Positions 16,582-24,658 of a DNA stretch of 64,000 nucleotides are shown here, one piece after another (position 1 is the stretch's first letter; every line of letters starts with the position of its first letter). The notes under the pieces are model-generated. The model did not search any database. It saw only the letters and a list, made by a program, of their open reading frames with translations, and was not told the origin of the DNA. A program made the translations under genes and the position numbers. The stretch lies in assembly GCA_963763465.1 (NCBI GenBank), contig CAVXOS010000004.1, positions 33,879 through 97,878 of the forward strand, written 5' to 3'. The stretch comes from an uncultured Gaiellaceae bacterium (GTDB lineage Bacteria; Actinomycetota; Thermoleophilia; Gaiellales; Gaiellaceae).

Positions 16582-17922
16582 ATGGAGAGCGTCGAGTCGC
16601 AGATCTCGGAGTGGCGGGCCTACGTCGCGAGAGGCCCGGCGGTCAACGGCCATGACGTCGACGAGCTCGAGGATCATCTCCGTCACCAGATCGCCGAGCT
16701 GACGGCGGCCGGCCTCACACCCGACGAAGGGTTCCTGGTCGCCGTGAAGCGGATGGGCGACGTCGACGCCTTGTCCCGGGAGTTCGCGCGCGAGCACAGC
16801 GGCCGGCTGTGGAAACAGCTCGTCCTCGCAGGTGACGACGAGCCGGCGCGCGCGGCGAGTGGCTGGGTCGAGGCCTTCGTCTTCGCCGCGGGCGCTGCCG
16901 TGACGATCCAGGCTGCGCGCCTCGCTGCGGGCTTCCCCGACGAGGAGCCGACCTGGTTCGCGCGGAACCTCGCCCTGTTCGTGTTGCCGTTCCTCGCCGC
17001 GTACTTCGCCCGCCGGCGCGAGCTCGACGTCCGGCGATGGGTGCTGACGGCGATGCCGTTCTTGCTGGCAGCGCTGGTGATCAACGTCTACCCGTGGGAT
17101 GCGGGCTCGGACACCGAGGTCATCGCCGCCCTCGCTCTGCCGGTCGTGCTGTGGTTCGTGGTGGCCTATCCGTACATGGGCGGCACGATCGAGTCGCACG
17201 AGCGCCGCATGGACTTCGTGCGCTTCACGGGCGAGTGGTTCATCTACTACGTGCTGATCGCGCTCGGGGGTGGCGTGCTCATGGGCCTCACCGCGGCGAT
17301 CTTCCAACCGGCGGGGGTCGACGTCGACGCGGTCGCCGCGTGGGTGCTGCCTTCGGGAGCAGCCGGCGCCGTGGTCGTCGCCGCGTGGCTCGTCGAGTCG
17401 AAGCAGCGGGTCGTCGAGAACATGGCCCCGGTGCTCACGATGCTCTTCACACCGCTGTTCGCGGTGATGCTTGCCGCCGCCGCGGTCGTCTACGCCGCGA
17501 CGGGGCTCGGCGGCGCCTTCGACCGCGACCTTCTCAGCGTCCTCGACGCCCTCCTGGTGGTCGTCCTCGCTCTCGTCCTGTACGGGATGTCCGCGCGGGA
17601 GCCGTCCACGTCGCCGAACTGGATGGACCGCATCCAGCTGGTCGCCGTGGTGAGCGCCCTCGCGCTCGACCTCCTGGTGCTCGGCTCGATGATCGCTCGA
17701 ATCGGAGACCTCGGGTTCACACCGAACCGAACGGCCGTGCTCGGCCTCAACGTCGTGCTGCTGGTGAACCTTGCCGGGGCGGCGTGGCTGTCCGCCCGGT
17801 TCCTCACCGGACGCAGCAGGTTCCACCGGCTCGAGCGCTGGCAGACGACCTACCTTCCCGTCTTCGCCCTGTCGGCCGCCGCGTTCGTGGTCATCCTCCC
17901 ACCGGTGTTCGCGTTCTCCTGA
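16582..17922 (+). CDS. PadR-associated membrane protein (permease-prefix domain plus DUF4153-like polytopic domain)
   Basis: 446-aa ORF starts 3 nt after the PadR stop. The N-terminal soluble helix region (SEWRAYVARG...LEDHLRHQIAEL) is typical of PadR-partner proteins and is followed by about 10 TM segments. Confidence 0.7.
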   Translation: MESVESQISEWRAYVARGPAVNGHDVDELEDHLRHQIAELTAAGLTPDEGFLVAVKRMGDVDALSREFAREHSGRLWKQLVLAGDDEPARAASGWVEAFVFAAGAAVTIQAARLAAGFPDEEPTWFARNLALFVLPFLAAYFARRRELDVRRWVLTAMPFLLAALVINVYPWDAGSDTEVIAALALPVVLWFVVAYPYMGGTIESHERRMDFVRFTGEWFIYYVLIALGGGVLMGLTAAIFQPAGVDVDAVAAWVLPSGAAGAVVVAAWLVESKQRVVENMAPVLTMLFTPLFAVMLAAAAVVYAATGLGGAFDRDLLSVLDALLVVVLALVLYGMSAREPSTSPNWMDRIQLVAVVSALALDLLVLGSMIARIGDLGFTPNRTAVLGLNVVLLVNLAGAAWLSARFLTGRSRFHRLERWQTTYLPVFALSAAAFVVILPPVFAFS

Positions 17923-18093
17923 ACGAAGCCGGGAGTCTCGAGCGACATCCAGGAACTCTCGCGCCGTGACGGGTCCCGCGCGCGAGTCGGCGGCTCCGTC
18001 ATTTCCGGCACGAGCTCGCCGAAGCCGAGCTACTCGGCATAGGATCTGCTGATCCGGGCCGCTCTGGTTCGGTCCCGACACCCAGGAGGCGTC

Positions 18094-18357
18094 ATGCCCA
18101 CCGTATTCGGCTATCACGACGTGAAGGACAAGGACCATTGGCTTGCCTCGCCCAAGCGTGAGGAGTTCTTCGGTCCTCTCGGCGTGACGAACATCCGCAC
18201 CTTCGTCGACCCCGAGAACCCCACGCGCGTCGGCTTGCTGATGGACGTATCGGACATGGATGCCGTCATGGCCGCGATGGAGACCGAGGCGGCTGCCGAG
18301 ACGATGGCGTACGACGGAGTCTTGCCCGAGACGCTCGTGATGCTCGTCGAGGCATAG
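18094..18357 (+). CDS. hypothetical small protein (87 aa)
   Basis: ORF with a good AGGAGG RBS 6 nt upstream and balanced amino-acid composition. No family recognised. Confidence 0.55.
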   Translation: MPTVFGYHDVKDKDHWLASPKREEFFGPLGVTNIRTFVDPENPTRVGLLMDVSDMDAVMAAMETEAAAETMAYDGVLPETLVMLVEA

Positions 18358-18390
18358 CCGGCGGCGCGACACGCGCCGGCCGGTGCTTGC

Positions 18391-19071
18391 CTACGGGCCG
18401 GGGCTGAACAGCTTCCAGTGCCCCTCGGAGACGACTTCGACGTCGCCGTCGGTCACCTTGATGGCGGTCTGATCGTCGATCGCATACGCGGGATTCGGGA
18501 TCGCGGCCGCCCATCGCTCTGCGTTGGCCATGGTGTTGTCCGGCAGATCCTCGTTGTCCACGTGCGGAAAGATCGAGAAATCGACGATTCCCAAGGCTCG
18601 GTCGCCACCCGCGGGCGGCTTCCAGCCGACGAAGCTTTCCCCGACGCGGGGCGTCATCACCATGCTCCCGGCACTCAGTCCGACCCAGACCGTCTCGGGC
18701 AGCGACGGCAAGAGGCCCGCCAGCCCCGACTGTCGCATCCAGTGGCACAGGTACAAGGCATCGCCACCCGCCACCAGCAGGACGTCGGTCTGCTGGACCA
18801 GGGGAGCCCAACGGTCTTCGTCGATGCTGGGCAGCGCGGTCAGCTCCAGCACTCCGAGGGATTTCCACCCCAGCTCGCACATCGGACAGCTCGGTTCTTG
18901 TCCGCTGATGAACTGCCACGTCTTCTCACCTGGACCGACCCAGGGGTGCCCGTACATCGCGGTGGGAATGCAGAGGGCGCTGGACTCGTCGATCGGTTTA
19001 CCGAGCAGGTCGACCAGCGCGTCGCGGATGCTCGCGTTCTTGACGCCAGCGGACGTGAGAAGAAACCGCAT
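18391..19071 (-). CDS. peptidase E-like / type 1 glutamine amidotransferase-like (S51 family)
   Basis: 226-aa ORF. LVAGGDALYL and VWVGLSAGSMV (nucleophile Ser region) resemble family S51 dipeptidase E. Confidence 0.7.
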   Translation of the reverse strand: MRFLLTSAGVKNASIRDALVDLLGKPIDESSALCIPTAMYGHPWVGPGEKTWQFISGQEPSCPMCELGWKSLGVLELTALPSIDEDRWAPLVQQTDVLLVAGGDALYLCHWMRQSGLAGLLPSLPETVWVGLSAGSMVMTPRVGESFVGWKPPAGGDRALGIVDFSIFPHVDNEDLPDNTMANAERWAAAIPNPAYAIDDQTAIKVTDGDVEVVSEGHWKLFSPGP

Positions 19072-19353
19072 AGTGCCTCCCGGAGTCGGTACCTGTAGAG
19101 GAGAACCTTGTCGGCGCTACGGATTCGTACGCGGTAGAGACTGGCAGACCACCCACATATCATCGGCGTTGATTCACGGCTCTCTGCGGTGGATCCCGGG
19201 CCGATCGACGCACTCGGGTGAACGGCCTCTGCCTCCGGCGCAGAGGGCCACGGCACCGGGCTCCGATGACTTCCGGGTGGGAGTCGCGTCTGAGCACCAG
19301 GGATAGCCCGCAAACGCCGCGGCCCAAGCGCTGCGGTCGGAAAGGAGCTGCAC

Positions 19354-19953
19354 ATGAGCAAGGTGGTCGCGATCATGTCGATGTCTCTCGATGGGTACGT
19401 CGCCGACGAGAACGACGGTGTCGCGGAGGTCTTCGACTGGTACTTCTCGGGCGACGTCGAGGTCGCCACGGCGAGCGCGACGTCGGGAATGACGTTCCAC
19501 GTCTCGGCGCCGAGTGCCGACCATCTGAGGGGCTTGCAGGCCGAGATCGGCGCCATGCTCACGGGCCGGCGCACGTTCGAGCGTGCCGAGGGCTGGGGCG
19601 GCCAGCACCCGTGGGAGGTGCCCGCGTTCGTCGTGACCCACGAGGTGCCCGACGGCTGGCCACGGCCCGGCTCGACGGTCCAGTTCGTCACGGAGGGCAT
19701 CGAAGCCGCGGTTGCTCGAGCGAGATCGGCTGCCGACCCGAAGTCCGTGGGAGTGCACGGCGCCCGAACGATCGAGCAGTGCCTGGACGCCGGGCTGCTC
19801 GACGAGCTCCACATCGATCTGGCTGCCGTGTTGCTAGGCGGAGGAGTGAAGCTGTTCGACCACCTCGCGGACACGCCGGTCGTCCTCGGGGATCCGACAG
19901 TTGTCGCGGGTGTGGGCGTGACGCATCTGCGCTATCCCGTGCAGGCGTCATAG
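19354..19953 (+). CDS. dihydrofolate reductase family protein (RibD C-terminal domain-like)
   Basis: 199-aa ORF with RBS GAAAGGAG. VVAIMSMSLDGYVAD and LLDELHIDLAAVLLGGGVKLF are typical of the RibD_C/DHFR-like family. Confidence 0.8.
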   Translation: MSKVVAIMSMSLDGYVADENDGVAEVFDWYFSGDVEVATASATSGMTFHVSAPSADHLRGLQAEIGAMLTGRRTFERAEGWGGQHPWEVPAFVVTHEVPDGWPRPGSTVQFVTEGIEAAVARARSAADPKSVGVHGARTIEQCLDAGLLDELHIDLAAVLLGGGVKLFDHLADTPVVLGDPTVVAGVGVTHLRYPVQAS

Positions 19954-20004
19954 GCCATCGGCGGTTCGTGGCGCGGAGCGCCTGGCACGTACCTTCGTCC
20001 GAGC

Positions 20005-20454
20005 TCAGGCCGGGGTCGCCGGCAAGCCCGCCTCGGCCAGCTCGGCACGCTCGGCAGCCGTTACCTCGAACGCAGCGCCAGGCTCGGCGCCGATCACGAG
20101 CACGACCGTGTTGTCCGACAGCGCGACCGCGGACCGGATGGTCTTCACGTCGAGGGCGCTCACGAACGTGCCCGCCGGGGCGTCGACCTCCTGACCGTCC
20201 ACTCGGAAGCGCGCGTGCCCTTTGTGGACGAAGTACAGCTCCTGGTGCTGCTCGTCGGCGGGATCCGCGTGGTCGTGCTCGCCGATGAGGCGATCGCCGG
20301 CGTTCCGAGCCGTATAGGCGTTGACACCGAACGCGGAGATCCCGAAGTGATTGCGCACCGGCGTCCACTTCGAATCGGTGTAAGGGACGTCGGCGGTCGG
20401 GATGTCGGTGAGCGAGGCGTGGAAAGGCGACATGGAGTCGATCCTAGTGGCCAC
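20005..20454 (-). CDS. cupin domain protein
   Basis: 149-aa ORF with cupin motifs GEHDHADPADEQHQELYFVHKGHARF and PAGTFV. An alternative start lies at 20433. Confidence 0.7.
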   Translation of the reverse strand: MATRIDSMSPFHASLTDIPTADVPYTDSKWTPVRNHFGISAFGVNAYTARNAGDRLIGEHDHADPADEQHQELYFVHKGHARFRVDGQEVDAPAGTFVSALDVKTIRSAVALSDNTVVLVIGAEPGAAFEVTAAERAELAEAGLPATPA

Positions 20455-20500
20455 TGTGCTCTGGCTTCGCTCGGCGCTCCTCGGACGACCGAGACGCAGG

Positions 20501-20956
20501 CTACTCGCCGCGGGCCAGTGCTCCCAACCGCTCGTGATCGATGGCGTGCACCAGCGCGTCCGCGTGGCGATGCACGACCTCCCAGTCCGATTCTGCGGTG
20601 CGCCGGAAGACCCACGTCACGCGCAGCGACCAGTCCTGCTCCGGCAGATCCCCGACCGTCCCGCGCTGTCGCTCGACGACGACGAGCACCGCCAAGGGAC
20701 CTGCCGCATACGTCTCCACGACCTCGACCTTCGCCTCGCCGCCGCGAAAGAATCGGGCGAGCGCCTCCAACGCCTCGTCCGATTCGTCGAACCCTCGCAC
20801 CGGCTCGCCGCCGTACGGCGACATGAGCGTGTAGTCGTGCGCATGCTTGATCCGCGCGACATAGCCTTCGATGTCGCCCGCGATCAGCGCCTGAGCCGCC
20901 TCGGTTATGCGTCGAACGAGCGCGGCTACCTCTTCATCGGACACTGTGACCGACAA
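20501..20956 (-). CDS. NTF2-like (DUF4440/SnoaL-like) protein
   Basis: ORF 20501..20977. I prefer TTG at 20956 because GGAGGTG lies about 8 nt upstream and it avoids overlap with the upstream gene. C-terminal WEVVHRHAD is typical of DUF4440. Confidence 0.6.
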   Translation of the reverse strand: MSVTVSDEEVAALVRRITEAAQALIAGDIEGYVARIKHAHDYTLMSPYGGEPVRGFDESDEALEALARFFRGGEAKVEVVETYAAGPLAVLVVVERQRGTVGDLPEQDWSLRVTWVFRRTAESDWEVVHRHADALVHAIDHERLGALARGE

Positions 20957-20960
20957 AGGG

Positions 20961-21407
20961 CTACACCTCCCTGGCATCGGATGCTTCTTCAGGAGCAGGG
21001 ATCACGCCGAGTTGCTGAAGGAAGCCGAGCTCGTCCTTGTTCGACCACTTCTCCGCGAGCTGGCCGTGTTCGATCCGGTGCGTCACGGTGGCCGTCGTCT
21101 CCAGCCTGTTCCCGGTTTTCGGGATTCCAGGGAGATCCTCCTCGTGCGTTCCGGTTACGCGAATCCGTGTGACGACCTTGTCCCCTTCGGCGATCTGGTC
21201 CTCGATGTGGTGCCGGCCAGGAGTCGCGACCCAGAAGATCTCGAACGCCTGCTTGACACCGGCGCGACCTGACGAGAGCCCCGGGAAAGGGGGTGGCGAG
21301 TGGTCGATGTAGTCCTCGGCGACCAGTTCATCCATCGCTGCCAGGTTGCCCTTGTCGATCTCCTCGTAGAAACGGCGGACGAGGGCTTTGTTCGCCTCGG
21401 TCGACAT
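20961..21407 (-). CDS. ester cyclase / SnoaL-like polyketide cyclase family protein
   Basis: 148-aa ORF. NKALVRRFYEEIDKGNLAAMDELVAEDYIDH is the classic ester-cyclase N-terminus. Confidence 0.85.
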   Translation of the reverse strand: MSTEANKALVRRFYEEIDKGNLAAMDELVAEDYIDHSPPPFPGLSSGRAGVKQAFEIFWVATPGRHHIEDQIAEGDKVVTRIRVTGTHEEDLPGIPKTGNRLETTATVTHRIEHGQLAEKWSNKDELGFLQQLGVIPAPEEASDAREV

Positions 21408-21652
21408 GACAACCTCCTCGTGTGGGTGGGTCGCACATGAGCGTGGTCTGTCTGGAAGTCTCTACGGTGCTCTTGGCGTCGCTCGCTTCGGTTAGCTCAG
21501 TGAGTTCGGGTGAGGCGGTTTCGCTGGGATAGAGCCAAAGCCCGACGACTGGATCCAAGTGGTGTGAAGCGACGACCAGTATGGCGAAGTACGTGCGCGG
21601 GTGACGTCGCGCTTGTTCGCGGCCTTAGAGCGCCCTCAGCTCACCGCTTTCT

Positions 21653-22111
21653 TCACGAGCTCGCGATCCGTGCCTCCTCGGGGGCGGTCAACGCCGTCAG
21701 CGCGAAGGCGGTCGGCCACATGGCCCCGTCGTCGAGGCTCGCCGCGTCGCTGAAGCCGAGCGTCAGGTACCGCGTCTTGAACTTCGACGCGCTCTGGAAG
21801 TAGCAGACGATCTTGCCGTCCTTGGCATACGCAGGCATCCCGTACCAGGTCCTCGGCGAGAGGGCCGGCGCGCTGGCCTTGATGAGGGCATGGAGCCGCT
21901 TGGCCATGGCGCGCTCGGGCCCGCGCATCTCGGCGATCTTCGCGAGCACGTCGCTCTCCCCGTCGGCTCTGCTCTTGCTCGCGCGCGCTTCCGCCTTCAG
22001 TTCCTGGGCGCGCTCCTTCATCGCAGCTCGTTCCTCGTCGGAGAATCCCTTGGACGCCTTGCGCGTGGTGGTGGTCTTCGCCCCCTGCTTGTCGGACTTC
22101 CTCTCAGCCAC
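21653..22111 (-). CDS. DUF1801 (YdhG-like) domain protein, possibly with a frameshifted C-terminus
   Basis: GTG at 22111 inside ORF 21653..22261. A Lys/Ala-rich N-tail is followed by [27 protein letters not shown], typical of DUF1801. See the finding on the 3' end. Confidence 0.7.
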   Translation of the reverse strand: MAERKSDKQGAKTTTTRKASKGFSDEERAAMKERAQELKAEARASKSRADGESDVLAKIAEMRGPERAMAKRLHALIKASAPALSPRTWYGMPAYAKDGKIVCYFQSASKFKTRYLTLGFSDAASLDDGAMWPTAFALTALTAPEEARIASS

Positions 22112-22224
22112 CGTGACACCCCCGTGTGTCGAACCTGCTCGTTGCGTCTCTACGTACCGGTCCCTCGAACCGAGGCTAGCGAAGCACCTGGAGGCGGCGG
22201 CTCGAGAAACGGGCCGAGCTCGTC

Positions 22225-22253
22225 TTGACCTTCTCGAGCAGGTCTGCGATACT
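22225..22253 (+). promoter_or_regulatory. sigma-70-type promoter (TTGACC-17 nt-GATACT) driving a leaderless arsR-family mRNA
   Basis: -35 TTGACC at 22225-22230. -10 GATACT at 22248-22253. The ATG at 22261 is 7 nt after the -10 element, and there is no Shine-Dalgarno sequence. Confidence 0.5.
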
Positions 22254-22270
22254 GAACCCAATGGTTCAGT
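22251..22270. promoter_or_regulatory. perfect 8-4-8 inverted repeat (ACTGAACC caat GGTTCAGT), putative ArsR-family operator
   Basis: The palindrome overlaps the -10 element and the ATG of the ArsR-family gene. Confidence 0.5.
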
Positions 22271-22572
22271 ATACGACGACCGTCGACCGTGCGTTCGCCG
22301 CCCTCGCCGATCCCACTCGGCGTGCCGTGCTCGAACGTCTCGGCGGCGGCAGCGCGACGATCAGCGAGCTCGCCGAGCCCTTCGGCATGTCGCTGACCGG
22401 GATGAAGAAGCACGTCCGGCTGCTCGAGGACGCGAATCTCGTCGTCACGGAGAAGGTGGGCCGCGCCCGCACCTGCGCGCTCGTGCCCTATGCCTTCGAG
22501 GGCATCAGCACGTGGTTGCAGCGGCTCGACCGCTTCGCGCATGTCGTCCACCGCACGAAAGGAGCACGATGA
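22261..22572 (+). CDS. ArsR/SmtB family transcriptional regulator
   Basis: ATG at 22261 in ORF 22225..22572. [16 protein letters not shown]...[28 protein letters not shown] is the ArsR HTH signature. Confidence 0.9.
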   Translation: MVQYTTTVDRAFAALADPTRRAVLERLGGGSATISELAEPFGMSLTGMKKHVRLLEDANLVVTEKVGRARTCALVPYAFEGISTWLQRLDRFAHVVHRTKGAR

Positions 22573-22994
22573 CCACCACCGTCACCACCCCGAACGAGCT
22601 CGAGATCCGGGTCGAGCGCGTCTTCGACGCGCCGCGCGCGCACGTCTTCTCCGTCTGGACGGATCCGGACCTGATCCCCGAATGGTGGGGCGACGGCACC
22701 GTCGTCGAGGAGATGGACGTCCGTCCCGGGGGTTCCTACAAGTTCCGAACGGCCTTCGGCGTCGTCGAGGGCGAGTTCCGCGAGGTCGTGCCGCCGGCGC
22801 GGCTCGTGCAGACGTTCCAGAACCACCTGCAGACGCTCGAGTTCGAGGATCTCGGGGAGCAGACGAAGCTGACCCAGACGATGCGCTTCGAGACGGCCGA
22901 GCAGCGAGACACCACGTTGCAGTACGGCGTCGAGGAGGGCGCGAAGGAGGGCTTCGCGCGGGTCGACGCGCTGCTGCAGAAGATCGCCGCATGA
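22569..22994 (+). CDS. SRPBCC (AHSA1-like) domain protein
   Basis: ATG at 22569 overlaps the ArsR stop (ATGA). LEIRVERVFDAPRAHVFSVWTDPDLIPEWW is typical of the ArsR-linked Aha1-domain partner. Confidence 0.85.
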   Translation: MTTTVTTPNELEIRVERVFDAPRAHVFSVWTDPDLIPEWWGDGTVVEEMDVRPGGSYKFRTAFGVVEGEFREVVPPARLVQTFQNHLQTLEFEDLGEQTKLTQTMRFETAEQRDTTLQYGVEEGAKEGFARVDALLQKIAA

Positions 22995-23079
22995 GGCCAG
23001 GTCCCGATCGCGTCGTTTGACACATCCTGCGCGCGGGCGCAGAATCGCTGGTGCTATCCCGCCGACAGAGGAGGTCGGA

Positions 23080-23682
23080 GTGTCCTGGAGCCTCAAGGGC
23101 AGCTACGTCGAGACGTGCTCCTGCGATCTCATGTGCCCGTGCAACTTCTCGTTCGACCACGGAGCGACGTACGACTACTGCCGCGTGACGCTCGTCTTCG
23201 ACATCAGCGACGGCGAGATCGAGGGCACAGACGTGAGCGGTCTCAGGGTCGCCGCGATCGCAGACACGCCGAAGGTCATGACCGAGGGCAACTGGCGCCT
23301 TGGCATGTTCGTCGACGAGCGTGCAACGGACGAGCAGGTCGAGAAGCTCACGGCGGTCTTCGGCGGTCAGAAGGGCGGCCCGATGGAAGGGCTGGCGCCC
23401 CTGATCGGCGAGATGCTCGGGGTTGAGCGTGCGCCGATCGAGGTCGTCAACGACGGCCTGCGTCACAGCGTTCGCATAGGCGATGTGATCGACTTCGAAG
23501 TCGAGGACATCGTCCCGTTCGGCATCGAGACAGGCCGGCCGGTGCGCTTCGACGGCATGTTCCATCCTGTTGCGCCGAACCTCACGGCCGCCGAGGCGAC
23601 GCGGTCGCGGATCAGCGCGTTCGGCATCGAATACGAGGGGAAGTCGGGGCTCTCCACATCGGAGTTCTCGTGGGCCGCCTGA
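23080..23682 (+). CDS. DUF1326 domain protein
   Basis: GTG at 23080 is preceded by GAGGAGG. SWSLKGSYVETCSCDLMCPCNF is the hallmark Cys-rich N-terminus of DUF1326. Confidence 0.8.
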   Translation: MSWSLKGSYVETCSCDLMCPCNFSFDHGATYDYCRVTLVFDISDGEIEGTDVSGLRVAAIADTPKVMTEGNWRLGMFVDERATDEQVEKLTAVFGGQKGGPMEGLAPLIGEMLGVERAPIEVVNDGLRHSVRIGDVIDFEVEDIVPFGIETGRPVRFDGMFHPVAPNLTAAEATRSRISAFGIEYEGKSGLSTSEFSWAA

Positions 23683-23823
23683 GCGCTTGATCGCGTCGAC
23701 AGAGGAACGCGCTCCTGCTGCCGGAGGGCTCGCGCCCGCCTTCGCAGCCGCGCGTGTCCGGCTCGGGCTCATCGCCCTCGTCCTCGTCCTTGCCGCGGCT
23801 GGCGGTGGTGGACCGTCGACGAG

Positions 23824-24516
23824 ATGCAGGGAATGGACGACGGTCCGTGGACGGACCTGGGGACGTTCGCCTGGTTCGTCGGCGTGTGGGTCGTGATGAT
23901 GGCGGCGATGATGTTTCCGTCGGTCGCGCCGACGGTTGCGCTCTACTCGCGGATGACGAAGAGCCGCTCGCCGGTCGCGCCGCTCCTGTTCACAGCCGGC
24001 TATCTCGTCGCGTGGACGAGCGTCGGAGTGGCGGCCTTCGCCGTCGCGAGCGCCGGTGGGCGCGTCTCGGGCGACCTGCTCGCATGGGATCGCGCCGGTC
24101 GCTGGATCGCCGGGGCCACCCTGGTCGTGGCCGGCATCTACGAGTTGACGCCGCTCAAGGACGTGTGCCTGGGGAAGTGCCGCAGCCCGCTCGGCTTCCT
24201 GCTCGGCTCCTGGCGTAGTGGGCGCTCGGGCGCGCTCGAGATGGGAGCGCGGCACGGAGCCTGGTGCATCGGCTGTTGCTGGGCGCTCATGGCGTCGCTC
24301 TTCGCGCTCGGGGTGATGAGCATCGTCTGGATGGCGATCGTGGCCGGGCTCATCGCGTTCGAGAAGCTGATCCCCTCCCGACGTGCCGCGACCTACGTGA
24401 CGGCGGCGATGCTGCTCGTGCTCGGGGTGCTCGTGCTCGCGTCTCCCGACAGCATTCCGGCGCTGACCTTCCCGGGCGCCGGCCCGATGTCTCCGATGGA
24501 CCAGATGAGCCCGTAG
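23824..24516 (+). CDS. DUF2182 domain membrane protein (N-terminus probably lost to a frameshift)
   Basis: 230-aa ORF. WVVMMAAMMFPSVAPTV is the DUF2182 core. A likely first TM helix is encoded in another frame from TTG 23687. Confidence 0.75.
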   Translation: MQGMDDGPWTDLGTFAWFVGVWVVMMAAMMFPSVAPTVALYSRMTKSRSPVAPLLFTAGYLVAWTSVGVAAFAVASAGGRVSGDLLAWDRAGRWIAGATLVVAGIYELTPLKDVCLGKCRSPLGFLLGSWRSGRSGALEMGARHGAWCIGCCWALMASLFALGVMSIVWMAIVAGLIAFEKLIPSRRAATYVTAAMLLVLGVLVLASPDSIPALTFPGAGPMSPMDQMSP

Positions 24517-24658
24517 CCCGCTGTGGCACCCCCGCTGCGAGCGCGCTCCTGCGAGCGGGACTGGTTCGGGTCGTGCCGAGCTTGCATCTACGGCGCAGGA
24601 GCTCGGCCGCAGGCTCGAGGAGAGAGAACCCGGACGAAGCGCTGTGTAGCGTTGACAG

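Noticed and set aside
16174-18372. 732-aa minus-strand ORF
   Set aside because: It lies antisense to the PadR, membrane-protein and small-ORF genes, has Arg/Glu/His-rich artifact composition, and shows no recognisable motifs.
19072-19353. Riboswitch (THF or ZTP type) in the 282-nt leader of the DHFR-family gene
   Set aside because: I could recognise no conserved riboswitch core motif. The only structure is an imperfect hairpin (GGCCTCTGC...GCAGAGGGCC), which is not enough evidence.
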